Shown: one piece after another, positions 36,003 through 46,100 of the stretch
Position numbering within the stretch: position 1 is the first letter of the stretch
Layout: each line of letters begins with the position of its first letter
Assembly (NCBI GenBank): GCA_964491475.1
Contig: CAZBFO010000001.1
Coordinates: 263,538 to 327,537 of the forward strand
Source: an uncultured Gammaproteobacteria bacterium
GTDB taxonomy: Bacteria; Patescibacteriota; Patescibacteriia; SG8-24
Length of the DNA: 64,000 nt
Direction: 5' to 3'
Notes under the pieces: generated by a model
Database searches by the model: none
What the model was told of the DNA's origin: nothing
What the model saw: only the letters and a program-made list of their open reading frames with translations
Translations under genes and position numbers: made by a program

Positions 36003-38564
36003 CTATTTGGCCTGCTGCGGGGCCGCCGGCATCGCCTTGAGCTGGGTGCGCTCCAGAATCTCCTGCTCCACGATGGCCCGGTCGCGACCGAATTTGAGTC
36101 GGGAGAGCTGCTTCAGCGCCTCGCCGATGCGCTTGTCGCCGCGGATGGGCATCGGCGCCTTGAAGTTGAACGGCCGGCTGGCTTGGCTGCTGATGAGCAG
36201 CTTGGAGTTCCAGCTGAACTTTTCCACGTTGGTGAGGTCGAGCGCCGAGAACACCGGCGCGAATTCCTTCTCGAGCACCTCGCCGTCCTCGATGCCGATG
36301 CGGCCGATGAGCATGTTGCCCACGTTGCCCAGCACGGCGTCACGGATTTCGGTGTCGCCCTTGGGCGCCAGCTGACCCATGTACTGGTGGGCGATGATCA
36401 GGCCCAGGCGGTACTTACGGGCTTCGGAAAGAATCGTGGCGATCGACGGCGTGATGAAGTTCTGGAACTCGTCGATGTACAGGAAGAAGTCCTTGCGATC
36501 CTTCTCCGGCATGTTGGCACGGCTCATTGCCGCCATCTGCAGCTTGGTGACGATGATCAGGCCGAGCAGGTTGGCATTGATGTCGCCGATCTTTCCCTTG
36601 GACAGGTTCACCAGGAAAATCTTGCGGTTGTCCATGACCTGACTGAAGTCAAAGGCCGACTTCTGCTGGCCGATGATGTTGCGCATCATGGCATTCTCCA
36701 CGAAGCGGCCCACCTTGGAGATGAGGTAGCCGAGCATTTCGGACTTGTGGAAGTCGGAAGTCTTGTCCATTTCGTTCTCCCAGAACGAGCGCACCACCGG
36801 GTCGGTGACCTTCTTGCGCCACTCCTTTTGGAAATCGGCATCGGAGACCAGGCGCGGAATCTCGGCGATGGTGCCGGGGTTGTCCTTGTCGCTCATCAGC
36901 GTGAGCATGTAGTTGCGCATCTGGTGCTCGAACATCGGGCCGATCATCTCGGCGCCGAACAGCTTGTAGAAGATGGCCACCATTTCGCCGCAGACGAAGT
37001 CCTTCATCTCGTCGCTGGGAGCCTCGATCATGTTCAGCGCCACGGGGCGATCCAAGTCGGACGGATCGAAGACGATGACGTCGTCGGCACGTTCCTTGGG
37101 GATGCAGCTCAAAACGTTTTCCACCAGATCGCCGTGCGGATCGATGACCGCCACGCCGTCGCCGCGCTTGATGTCCTGGACGATCAGGTTGGCGATGTAT
37201 TCCGACTTGCCGGAACCCGATTTGCCGATGATGTACATGTGACGCAGGCGGTCTTCGGTCTTGATGTACACCTGGGTCTTCTCGCCGCGGTACTCCACGA
37301 AGCCCAAATGCAGTCCGTCCTTGGGAAGGTTGGTCGGCGGCGGCGCCTTGCGCGAGGTCAGCCAGCGGATGTTCGGCGTTTCGGTGGACGACAGCGGGAA
37401 GTGGCACAGGCTGGCCATCTCCTCGCCGCTCATGATCATCCGTTTCTTCTCGTCGAAGTGGCGGAAGATGAAGTCCTTGATGATCTTGTTGCCGGCGGCG
37501 CCCTTGACGATCTGGTTGCCGTACTGCGGAATGCTGTACTGCGAGAAGGCGTTGATGATGTTGTTGAGGTAGTTGTTGGCGGCCATGGGGGTGGCGGCCG
37601 AAGCCACCACCCGGATGACCACGTCCAGGCCGTACTTGGCGGCCTTGTCGTCGATGGCCTTGACCATCTCCTCTTCGGCCGCGCTCATGCGGCGCATTTC
37701 CTTCTTGTCGTCCTTCTTGCTTGCGACCATCGCGCCTGCCGTGGACAGCAGACTCTTGCCGCTCATGGCCTCCTTGAGCGTCTTGCCTTCGTTCATGCCT
37801 TTCACCACGGACAGCGGCAGCGTCCGCCATTCCTTCTTGGCCGAGCGCACGATGATCTGGATGGCGGCACCGTCGGTCTTTTCGACTTTGGCCAGCGCGT
37901 TGGTAAGGCTGTTGAGCGGATCGGATTCCTGTTTCTTGTAGGTCTTGATGGGGAAGAAGTACTCGCGCTTGAAAATCATGCGTGCGCCCACCGCCGTACC
38001 CTGCGGCTTGAAGATGTCGTAGTCGGACACCGGCTCGATCTGCGCCAGCGGAAACTGACCATGTATTTGCTGCTCCACGAACTCCTTGAGGTGGTGCGGC
38101 GCGGCCACGTAGAACGACACCAGACCGTCCTTGGCGACCATCTCGAACGAGACATGGTCGGCACGACCGACCATCCAGGCCCTGAACCCGCGCTCGGCGG
38201 TCAGGCCGCCGATCGAGGCGTAGACGTTCTCCATGATGGCGATCTTCTCCTGGACCTGTTGCAAGGACTTTTCCTGCTGGCCGGATTCGCCCTTTTCGGA
38301 CTGTTCCTTGGGAACGGTCACCAGCATCACTTCCATCTTGAAGGCCACGTCGGACTGGTACTTGGCGCGCATGCGCGAACGCACGATCGCAAAGGCGATC
38401 CAGACGGCCAGAAGCGCGAACAGCGCCAGACCGACGAGGATGCCGGCGGGTCCGGTCGCGGACGACAACGCAGACGACGCATTGAGGTTTTTCACGAAGG
38501 CGAGTTGGAACAGCGCGAATGGCATGGGCGTCCGGTTAATCCTCGAAGACCCCGTCGGCGGCAC
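36003..38564 (-). CDS. membrane-anchored P-loop ATPase of the FtsK-HerA/VirB4 superfamily (TraC/VirB4- or TraG-like)
   Basis: N-terminal TM helix. Walker A IIGKSGSGKSEYIANLIV, Walker B FFLYIDEFQNF, arginine-finger-like ARKYRLGLIIAHQYMGQL (RKxxG...xQ pattern of HerA/VirB4). 853 aa. Confidence 0.6.
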   Translation of the reverse strand: MPPTGSSRINRTPMPFALFQLAFVKNLNASSALSSATGPAGILVGLALFALLAVWIAFAIVRSRMRAKYQSDVAFKMEVMLVTVPKEQSEKGESGQQEKSLQQVQEKIAIMENVYASIGGLTAERGFRAWMVGRADHVSFEMVAKDGLVSFYVAAPHHLKEFVEQQIHGQFPLAQIEPVSDYDIFKPQGTAVGARMIFKREYFFPIKTYKKQESDPLNSLTNALAKVEKTDGAAIQIIVRSAKKEWRTLPLSVVKGMNEGKTLKEAMSGKSLLSTAGAMVASKKDDKKEMRRMSAAEEEMVKAIDDKAAKYGLDVVIRVVASAATPMAANNYLNNIINAFSQYSIPQYGNQIVKGAAGNKIIKDFIFRHFDEKKRMIMSGEEMASLCHFPLSSTETPNIRWLTSRKAPPPTNLPKDGLHLGFVEYRGEKTQVYIKTEDRLRHMYIIGKSGSGKSEYIANLIVQDIKRGDGVAVIDPHGDLVENVLSCIPKERADDVIVFDPSDLDRPVALNMIEAPSDEMKDFVCGEMVAIFYKLFGAEMIGPMFEHQMRNYMLTLMSDKDNPGTIAEIPRLVSDADFQKEWRKKVTDPVVRSFWENEMDKTSDFHKSEMLGYLISKVGRFVENAMMRNIIGQQKSAFDFSQVMDNRKIFLVNLSKGKIGDINANLLGLIIVTKLQMAAMSRANMPEKDRKDFFLYIDEFQNFITPSIATILSEARKYRLGLIIAHQYMGQLAPKGDTEIRDAVLGNVGNMLIGRIGIEDGEVLEKEFAPVFSALDLTNVEKFSWNSKLLISSQASRPFNFKAPMPIRGDKRIGEALKQLSRLKFGRDRAIVEQEILERTQLKAMPAAPQQAK

Positions 38565-39048
38565 GGCGCTCCTTGACGATGGCCATGACGTTGTCGGTCT
38601 TGATCTTGCCTTCCTGCAGCAGAAACCACTGGTTAACGCGGGGAATGGTGCGGAGCCAGCGGACGATCACCGAATGGAAGGCGTTGGGGCGGGTCTTCTT
38701 CTGGTCGATCAGGGTGCGGACCTCCTCGGCTGCCTTTTCGCCTTCGGCGCGGAACTTGGCGCGAGCGTCCTTTGGCATGGCGTAGTACGCATCCCACAGG
38801 TTCTCTTCGAGCACGCGTTCCACTTTCATCCGCGTTTCGTCCTTGGTCACCGGTGCGGGGGCGGAAGCGGGCGCCGGGGCGGCCGCTGGCGTCGGAGCAG
38901 GCGTCTGGGAAGGCTCGGGTGCACGAACCTCGGCGCTCGGGCTGGGCGCCTCCCTGTTCGGCTCTGATTCCTTCGCGGTTTCCGGGGAACGCGGCGCCTC
39001 GGGCGGCTTTTCCATGCCCATTCCGGCTCCCATTTCGCCGTTCATCAT
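38536..39048 (-). CDS. hypothetical protein (Pro/Ala-rich N-terminal, globular C-terminal), overlaps start of the ATPase gene
   Basis: 170-aa ORF whose 3' end overlaps the ATPase start by about 29 nt, suggesting coupling. Confidence 0.5.
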   Translation of the reverse strand: MMNGEMGAGMGMEKPPEAPRSPETAKESEPNREAPSPSAEVRAPEPSQTPAPTPAAAPAPASAPAPVTKDETRMKVERVLEENLWDAYYAMPKDARAKFRAEGEKAAEEVRTLIDQKKTRPNAFHSVIVRWLRTIPRVNQWFLLQEGKIKTDNVMAIVKERRAADGVFED

Positions 39049-39150
39049 ACGCGGTTTAGCCTATGTATCCGGCTACAGCATACCACGAAGCCGGTTGGCG
39101 AACCAAAGCCGAGTTCTCCCCAATGCAGCTGGTTTAGCCGACAGGGCAAA

Positions 39151-39159
39151 TGCTATGAT
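39151..39159 (+). promoter_or_regulatory. extended -10 box TGCTATGAT 6 nt before corA ATG (leaderless start likely)
   Basis: aaTGCTATGATgcacccATG read directly. Confidence 0.4.
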
Positions 39160-39165
39160 GCACCC

Positions 39166-40131
39166 ATGCCTCAACGACGCAGTGAGCCAAAAAAACCCAG
39201 GAGCCGCGCGGAGCAGGTGTTCGTCGGCAGCCCCGTCACCTGGCGCAACGTGCTCGATCCGGACCAGGCCGCGCTAAAGGAGCTCAAGCAGCTGTACCCG
39301 TTCCTGCTGGAAGAAGACCTGCAGGACTGCCTGCCGCCGTTCCAACGGCCGAAGATGCTCCGCCGCGAAGGGTACCTGTTCCTGGTACTGCTCTTCCCCG
39401 TGTACGACGACCGGACCCGTACCATCCTCCCCTACGAGGTCGATTTTTTCGTGGGCAAGGATTTTTTGGTCACCAGCCACAACGGCTCTCATCCGGCGCT
39501 CACTTCGCTGGCCGAGGCATGCAACGCCGACACCGGCACCTGCACCGTCCGCCCCGGCGACACCGCGCTGCGTCTGACGCTCGACATCATCCACGGCTTG
39601 ACCGTGGCCTGCTACCCGATGGTAACGGAGCTTTCCAACCAGCTGATTGGCGTCGAGAAGGAGCTGTTCGCTGACGAGGGCGACGGCGAGATCACCAAGA
39701 AGATGCTGCGCATCCGCACCAGCGTGGCCGGCTTCCGCAAGGCCACCGAAGGTTCCGACAACGTGCTGCGCAAGCTGACAGACAAAGGCAGCGCGATGTT
39801 CGCCGTCGAGGAATATCGCGCCCAGATCGAAGACATCACCATGCACGGCCGCGAAATCCGCGAGTTCCTGGAGAACGACCGCGACACCGTCTCGGCGCTG
39901 TACGACGCGCACCTGGCAATGGTCTCCTACCGCGCCACGCAGGCCACCAAAACCCTGACCGCGCTGGCCTTCATCATCTTCCCCATGACGCTGGTGGCCG
40001 CCGTGTTCTCGATGCGAGCCGAACACATGCCCATCATCGGCATGCGCGACGACTTTTGGCTGATTTTGGCGCTGATCTTCGCCATGATGCTGGTCCTGCT
40101 GGCACTGATGCGCAAGAAGCGCTGGCTGTAA
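39166..40131 (+). CDS. corA: CorA-family divalent cation transporter with non-canonical SMR in place of the GMN motif
   Basis: Cytoplasmic CorA-like domain (YLFLVLLFPVYDD), two C-terminal TM helices. Loop FSMRAEHMP aligns with YGMNFEYMP of canonical CorA. Confidence 0.7.
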   Translation: MPQRRSEPKKPRSRAEQVFVGSPVTWRNVLDPDQAALKELKQLYPFLLEEDLQDCLPPFQRPKMLRREGYLFLVLLFPVYDDRTRTILPYEVDFFVGKDFLVTSHNGSHPALTSLAEACNADTGTCTVRPGDTALRLTLDIIHGLTVACYPMVTELSNQLIGVEKELFADEGDGEITKKMLRIRTSVAGFRKATEGSDNVLRKLTDKGSAMFAVEEYRAQIEDITMHGREIREFLENDRDTVSALYDAHLAMVSYRATQATKTLTALAFIIFPMTLVAAVFSMRAEHMPIIGMRDDFWLILALIFAMMLVLLALMRKKRWL

Positions 40132-40140
40132 TCTCGGACA

Positions 40141-40187
40141 AAACCCCCTCGCGCGGGTGCCCCCGCCGCCCGCGCGAGGGGGTTTTC
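40141..40187. terminator. bidirectional terminator between convergent corA and cysS
   Basis: 14-bp stem ccccctcgcgcggg / cccgcgcgaggggg flanked by AAAA and TTTT. Confidence 0.6.
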
Positions 40188-40195
40188 GTGCCCCA

Positions 40196-41626
40196 TCAGA
40201 TGCGCTTGATGCGACGCCCCTCGGGAGTATCTTCGACCAGGTAGCCGCGGCTCTTGAGCTCGTCGCGGACGGTGTCGGCCTCGGCGAAGCGCTTTTCGCG
40301 GCGGGCCTCGTCGCGCTTGTCGATCAGCGACAGGATGCTGGCTGGGATATCGGCCTCGTCGGTGCTGACGCCGAAGGAAAAGCCCAGCACATTGCCGACG
40401 TCGTCGAAGAAAGCGATGGCCGCCTGGCGCGCCTTCTTGGTCAGCTCGCCCTTGGCGATGCGGTCGTTGGTGACGCGCACGAACTCGAACACGGCAGCCA
40501 AGGCTTCGGCCACGTTCAGGTCGTCGTCGAGCGCTCCCGTGAACGCCTCGGTGGCCTTCTTGGCTTCGGCGTCTGCAGTTCCCCCTTCCTGCGGCGTGGA
40601 CTGCCTGACCGCGTCGACGGCGGCGTCGATGCGTGCCAACGCCGCGCGCGCGCCGTCCAAGCCGTGCAGGGTGAAGTTCAGTGAGCCGCGGTAGTGCGTG
40701 GACAACAGCTGGTAGCGGATGCTGCGCGGGTCGTATCCGCGAGCAACCAGGTCGTCGAGGGTATAGAAGTTTCCCTTGGACTTGGACATTTTGACGCCAT
40801 CGACCAGCAGATGGGTGGCGTGCAGCCAGTACTTCACGAAGGTCTTGCCGCTGGCGGCCTCGGACTGGGCGATCTCGCACTCGTGGTGCGGGAACTTGTT
40901 GTCCTCGCCGCCGGTGTGGATGTCGATGGTCTCGCCCAGGTACTTGGTGGCCATGGCCGAGCACTCGATGTGCCAGCCGGGATAGCCCTTGCCCCAGGGC
41001 GCTTCCCACTGCAGCAGGTGCTTGGGGTTGTAAATCCAGAGCGCGAAGTCGGCGGGGTGGCGCTTTTCGTCGCGCACCTCGATGCGAGCGCCGGCGTCGA
41101 GCGCGTCGAGCGTGTTGCCGGAGAGGGCGCCGTAGTCCTTGAAGGAAGTGACGTCAAAATAGACGCTCGTTCCCCCGTCCTTCTCCACCTTATAGGCGTG
41201 GCCGTTCTCCAGCAGCTTGGCGATGATGGCGATCATCTCGGGCACGTGGTCGCTGGCCTTGGGGTAGACGCTGGCCGGCTTCATGCCCATGCGGCCGATG
41301 TCGCGGAAGAAGGCGTCGGTGTAGAACTGCGCCACTTCTGCCGGCGTCTTGCCGGCTTTCTCGGCGGCCACTTCCATCTTGTCCTCGCCTTCGTCGGCGT
41401 CGGCCAGCATGTGCCCGACGTCGGTGATGTTCATCACCTGCGTCACTACGAAGCCGCGGTACTCCAAGTAGCGTCGCAGCAGGTCGGCCAGCAGGAACGA
41501 GCGCAGGTTGCCGATGTGGATGTAGTCGTAGACCGTGGGACCGCAGTTGTACATGGTCACACGCCCCTTTTTGAGGGGTTTGAACTCCAGGTCGGACTTG
41601 GTCAGCGAGTCGTGAAAACGCAGCAT
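40196..41626 (-). CDS. cysS: cysteinyl-tRNA synthetase
   Basis: HIGH-type motif [28 protein letters not shown], Zn-binding Cys. Start at the MLRFHD Met with GGAGG upstream. Confidence 0.9.
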   Translation of the reverse strand: MLRFHDSLTKSDLEFKPLKKGRVTMYNCGPTVYDYIHIGNLRSFLLADLLRRYLEYRGFVVTQVMNITDVGHMLADADEGEDKMEVAAEKAGKTPAEVAQFYTDAFFRDIGRMGMKPASVYPKASDHVPEMIAIIAKLLENGHAYKVEKDGGTSVYFDVTSFKDYGALSGNTLDALDAGARIEVRDEKRHPADFALWIYNPKHLLQWEAPWGKGYPGWHIECSAMATKYLGETIDIHTGGEDNKFPHHECEIAQSEAASGKTFVKYWLHATHLLVDGVKMSKSKGNFYTLDDLVARGYDPRSIRYQLLSTHYRGSLNFTLHGLDGARAALARIDAAVDAVRQSTPQEGGTADAEAKKATEAFTGALDDDLNVAEALAAVFEFVRVTNDRIAKGELTKKARQAAIAFFDDVGNVLGFSFGVSTDEADIPASILSLIDKRDEARREKRFAEADTVRDELKSRGYLVEDTPEGRRIKRI

Positions 41627-41668
41627 AATGACAGATGTCCTCCACTCTACCCTCGCCAAGTCCCAGTA

Positions 41669-42322
41669 TCAAGGGGCTCGGAGGGCCTTTGGAGGCGAGT
41701 CGGACGGCTTCCCCGTCGTCATGAAAACGGGAACGCCGATGACGATGGCGCTTGCGGTGAACTGTTCCTTTTCCTTGATGTCCTCGCCGGACATGGCTTC
41801 GACGACGATTCCCGGACGAACGTCGGCAAGCGTCGCCTTCGTGTCGACATACGGCATGGGATGCGAACCGCGCCGACCCTTTGCGTCGTAGTCCTGCAGT
41901 TCCTTCATGAAAATTGAGGCATCCTTCTGCGTCCGCACCGCGAACGACGTCTTTGCGTCGACCATGACCGTCCTTTCCTCGGGTATCGACGAATATTCGC
42001 TCGGCCAAGATTCCACTTGCATGGCGAACGATGCGGCCCCGACGTTCATGACGTGTCCGGATACGGTGAGCAATGTCTTCGGCTCAAACGGGGAAGGTCC
42101 GCGGACGACCGGCGCAGCAGACGGTTCCCGTGCCGCATGCGGAGATGCCTCCTGGTGCGCCCGAAAGCTCCCGGTGTCCTTAGCATCCCCGACCGTCAAG
42201 GCGCGATCAGAGGGCGGTGCGCTGCGTCCGAAGGAGTAACCGATGAGCGTGCCTACGGCCATAGACGCGGCCACCAGTGCCAAAATCGAACCGGTCATGG
42301 ATTGTGGATGTCTTTCGCTCAT
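41669..42322 (-). CDS. membrane-anchored protein, member of a 4-copy paralog family (N-terminal TM, about 120-aa beta-rich possible OB-fold domain, Pro-rich tail)
   Basis: TM MSERHPQSMTGSILALVAASMAVGTLIG; core TLLTVSGHVMNVGAASFAMQV... similar to the cores of the 42412, 46759 and 50994 genes. Confidence 0.5.
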   Translation of the reverse strand: MSERHPQSMTGSILALVAASMAVGTLIGYSFGRSAPPSDRALTVGDAKDTGSFRAHQEASPHAAREPSAAPVVRGPSPFEPKTLLTVSGHVMNVGAASFAMQVESWPSEYSSIPEERTVMVDAKTSFAVRTQKDASIFMKELQDYDAKGRRGSHPMPYVDTKATLADVRPGIVVEAMSGEDIKEKEQFTASAIVIGVPVFMTTGKPSDSPPKALRAP

Positions 42323-42411
42323 GGAAATGCCTTACGTAGACGGCGGAGACCGTCGTCACATGCAGAAAATCGGACCCCGAGCGCGGAATCCGATTCCTGC
42401 CTTAGCAATCG

Positions 42412-43128
42412 TTAGCGCGGCGCCTGACCGCTTGGGACGACTACGGGCGGAATGGCCGCACCCGCAGACGGCGGGCCTACTGGCGCATCCGAAGGAGGCA
42501 GAGGGACCGTCGCTCGCTGCAAATCCGGAGGCGCGGCGTTCTTGTCCAAGGAAACGGTCGCGGCCGCGAACTTCGGCTGTGCCTTCACGTCGCCAGTGGT
42601 CTCAATCTGTACGTGCATGCCGACCTTCACGTCCCCGATGCTGCCAATTGCCGTTTCGAACTGGGAAGGAGGGGCTATGTCGGTAACCGGAGGCGTTGCG
42701 GAACCGGTCGGAGGCGCGAGCACAGGCTTCTTGAAAGCCTGCAGCTCCTTCGCTACTGCCGCAGGATCCCTGGGTGACCTGACGTTGATTTTCGTGTTGG
42801 CGTCGATGACGACCTCACGTGTCAATGGAACGTCAGTAACGAGAGGGTTCAGCACTTGGTCGTCGACAGTGACGGTAAAAGACGACTCCCCGACGTTCGT
42901 TACCGTACCCGTCAGATGGCGCAACTCCTTCGGTTCCGGAACCAGCACGCCCGACCGCTCAAGCTTGTCTTTAGCGGCGGCATATCCCTGACTGTAGCCA
43001 TCCGAAAGGAGTCCTTTTCCCGGCGCCGTCGAGGTCGTGCCGTACTTGCAGGCGGCGTAACCAATGACGAGACCGACGGTCAGCGCCACGGCGAAGATCG
43101 CCGGCACCAGACCAGACATTTTCTTCAT
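42412..43128 (-). CDS. membrane-anchored paralog-family protein (as 41669..42322) with long Pro-rich C-terminus
   Basis: MKKMSGLVPAIFAVALTVGLVIGYAA TM; core LTGTVTNVGESSFTVTVDDQ.... SD GGAGA 10 nt upstream of the chosen ATG; lies just downstream of giant gene 1. Confidence 0.5.
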   Translation of the reverse strand: MKKMSGLVPAIFAVALTVGLVIGYAACKYGTTSTAPGKGLLSDGYSQGYAAAKDKLERSGVLVPEPKELRHLTGTVTNVGESSFTVTVDDQVLNPLVTDVPLTREVVIDANTKINVRSPRDPAAVAKELQAFKKPVLAPPTGSATPPVTDIAPPSQFETAIGSIGDVKVGMHVQIETTGDVKAQPKFAAATVSLDKNAAPPDLQRATVPLPPSDAPVGPPSAGAAIPPVVVPSGQAPR

Positions 43129-43151
43129 GTTTGGCATGTCTCCCATAGGCG

Positions 43152-46100
43152 TCATAGCTGATTGCAATACACGTACTGTCCACCGCTCCATACCTGCGTC
43201 ACGAAGTAGCCGTTGGGGCAAGCGCAGGAATTGCCCGGTGCGCAGTACACCCAACCGTAACCGGCACCGTCACTGTTGCCCGAGGCAACCAGGTCGTAGT
43301 AGACGGTCGCGCCCCATGAGGTGATGCCGCCATAGGCATAAATGTTACCGCTCGCCGACATCCAACTGGAAGAGGAGAGCGTACTCACACTCGTGGCGCC
43401 GGCGCTAAGACTGCCGGAAATGGACGCGTTACCGCTGTTGTTGAGCGTGCCGGATCCAAGGAAGGAATACGGACCGCTTCCGTAGACGCCGGCGTAGGTT
43501 CCCGTGCCGTAGACGCCATACGAACCGCCATTGCCGTACACGCCGTAGGTGCCGCCAGAACCCTGACCGTAAACGCCCGTGGAAGTACCTGAACCGATGA
43601 CGCCGTAGAATCCGGAACCCTGCACGCCGTAAGTTTGGCCGGTTCCCGAAACGCCGATACCTCCCCCCGCATTGACGGTGCCCTGAACGCCGATCCAGCT
43701 GCTCGTACCGAACAAACCGTAATTTGAACCGCTGCCGTAGACGCCGTAGGTGCCGCCAGTGCCGTTGACGCCGTATGATCCGCCGTTGCCCGCGACGCCC
43801 GTGGTGGAACCGACGCCCGCGACGCCATAGGAACCGTTACCGTAGAGGCCGTAATTTCCTCCTTGTCCCCAGACGCCGTAGGTGTTACCGCTGCCATACA
43901 TGCCGGTGCCGATACCGGTGCCGTACACGCCAAAAGTGCCGTTACCGTACACGCCGTAGGTGCCGCCGTTGCCGTAGACGCCGTAGGTGCCGGAAGAGCT
44001 GAAGCTGCCACCGGTCGTAGAACCGCTTCCATAGACACCTTGTGTTCCGCCAGCGAACCAGCCGCCCCAATTAGGTCCGGTACCGTAGACGCCGATACCC
44101 GCACCGCCCGTCGAAGTACCGGAGACGCCGTAGCTGGGACCTTCGCCATAGACGCCATAGGCGCTGCCGTAACCGCGAACGCCCATGTTGCTGCTGGGAG
44201 AGACGCCCGCGCCGAGATTGGACTGGACGTAAGCGTCACCGAGCACCATCAGCTTTTGGCCCGATGCCGAGCCGCCGATGCCGACGGTCGTGCCGTTATC
44301 GACGATCTGCGAATTGCCTATGCTCGAGGCGGCAGTGAACTTCGGTACGTAGTTGGCGGTGCCGCTGCCCGTCACGCCTGCCACATTCGTGTCCGTAATC
44401 GTGACCGCGCCGGTCGAGCCGGAGAGGCTGATGCCCGAACCGGCCGTGAGCGACGTCACGCCCGTGTTCGAGAAGGTCACCGCGCCGGTAGCGCCGGACA
44501 CGCCGATGCCGGTGCCGGCCGTGGCGGAGGTGACGCCGGTGTTGGAAACGACGACCGCGCCCGTGGTGGGAGCGACGGAAATGCCAGATCCGGATCCGGA
44601 GACGGAAGTGACCGGCGCAGAGGCAGCTGTCGTCCAAGTGCCGTTGCCGGAAGCGTCAGAAGTGAGCACCTTGCCCGCGCCAGCGCCCGTGGCCATCAGG
44701 AAGCCGGTCATCTTGGCGGTGCCGTTGACGTCGAGTTTCTGCGTCGGGACGGCGACGCCGAGACCGAGGTTGCCGGACAAGTAGCTCTGGCCGCCGGCAG
44801 AATAGAGGGCGTACTTGTTGGTGCCGACGCCGATGGAGTCGATGTAGATGCCGTAGTTATTGGTGAGGGTTCCGGACGGCGTACCGCTCTGGTAAACGCG
44901 CAAGCCGTAGGCGTTGGTGACGTTGGCGGGGTTGCCGAAGTACAGGTTCGAGTACATGCCGTACAGGTTGGTGATGGTACCTGAACCGCCGTTCGAGGCG
45001 GCACCGTAAACGCCGGCCATGTCCGTCACCGCGCCGGAGCCGCTGCGGTACACTTCGCCGTTGACCGCGTAGGCGGACTGCGTCGTTCCGCTATGACCGA
45101 CGACCACGTTGGCCTCGATGCCGCTCAACCAGCTGGTGAAGTTGGTCGCTCCGGCAGAGCTGGTATCGACGTCGGCGTAAATGGCATCGAACCAGCTGGC
45201 CGGGCTGGCCGACGGAACCGGCTTGATGATGTTGGACATGCCCAGGCCGATGTTGCCGGTCAGGTTCTCCGAGATGTTCGTGACGTAATTGGTGCTGGTG
45301 CTCGCGGTCGCGCCGAAGGCCGAATGGCCGGCGACGGTCAGCTTGCCGCTGGTGGAAGTGTCGCCAGCCGAGGTGACCTTGAACTGCGAGGTGGGACCGA
45401 CGGAGAGCAGGGCGGTAGGCGCGGCATTGCCGATACCGACGTTGGTGCCGTCATCGAACACCAGCGAATTGCCGATGGCGCTGGCAGAGGTGAACTTGGC
45501 GTGGTAATTGGTGGTGCCGCTGCCCGTGATGCCGGACTGCGTGGTCCAGGTGCCGTTGCCGGAGGCATCGGAAACCAGCACCTTGCCCGCGCCCGCGCCG
45601 GTCGTCAGCTGCAAGCCGGTCATCTTGGCGGTGCCGTTGACATCAAGAAGAGTGCCCGGTGTCGAGGTGCCGATGCCGACGTAGCCGTTTTGATCGATCC
45701 TGACGCGCTCGGCGCGGGTCGTCGAGCCGTTGGGGGTGGTTTCAAGCGTGAGCAAGGTGCCATGCGCGGCATCGGTCTGATTTTCCGCAGCGCGGATGAT
45801 GAAGGCGCCGTTGCTCAATGACGAGAACCCCGTGGTGCCATAGGCCCGGCCGCTGAAGAACGCCAGGGCGTCACCGGACTGCGCGGCGGTAGGCGCGGCG
45901 GTGGTTCCACGCGCGCGGCGTCCCGTGAAGTTCGAGGCAACCGCCGAGCCGTAGGAGTCGACGTTCGCCGCCACGGGGTCGACGGTGCCGACGATGTTCA
46001 GGCTGCCGGTCGGCGTAGAAGTACCGATGCCCAAGCTGCCGTACAAGCCCATGTACATGCTGGTGCCGCCCGAACCCCAGTTGCCGACGTTCAGCGTGGT

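Noticed and set aside
35976-38576. 866-aa plus-strand ORF
   Set aside because: Antisense shadow of the VirB4/HerA-like ATPase; no motifs, Gly/Arg/Val-rich composition.
40694-41917. 407-aa plus-strand ORF
   Set aside because: Antisense to cysS (HIGH/KMSKS motifs on the minus strand).
43637-44237. Periodic 27-nt DNA repeats considered as a possible CRISPR array or satellite
   Set aside because: The period is too short, there are no spacer-sized unique segments, and the repeats are in-frame coding for the xYGVYGxGx array.
43385-44984. Multiple long ORFs on both strands inside the giant gene (e.g. 43385..44239 minus, 43863..44984 plus) and similar ones at 47851-48863
   Set aside because: These are products of the 27-nt periodic GC-rich repeat; only the signal-peptide-bearing frames 43152..46607 and 47405..49816 have coherent domain structure.
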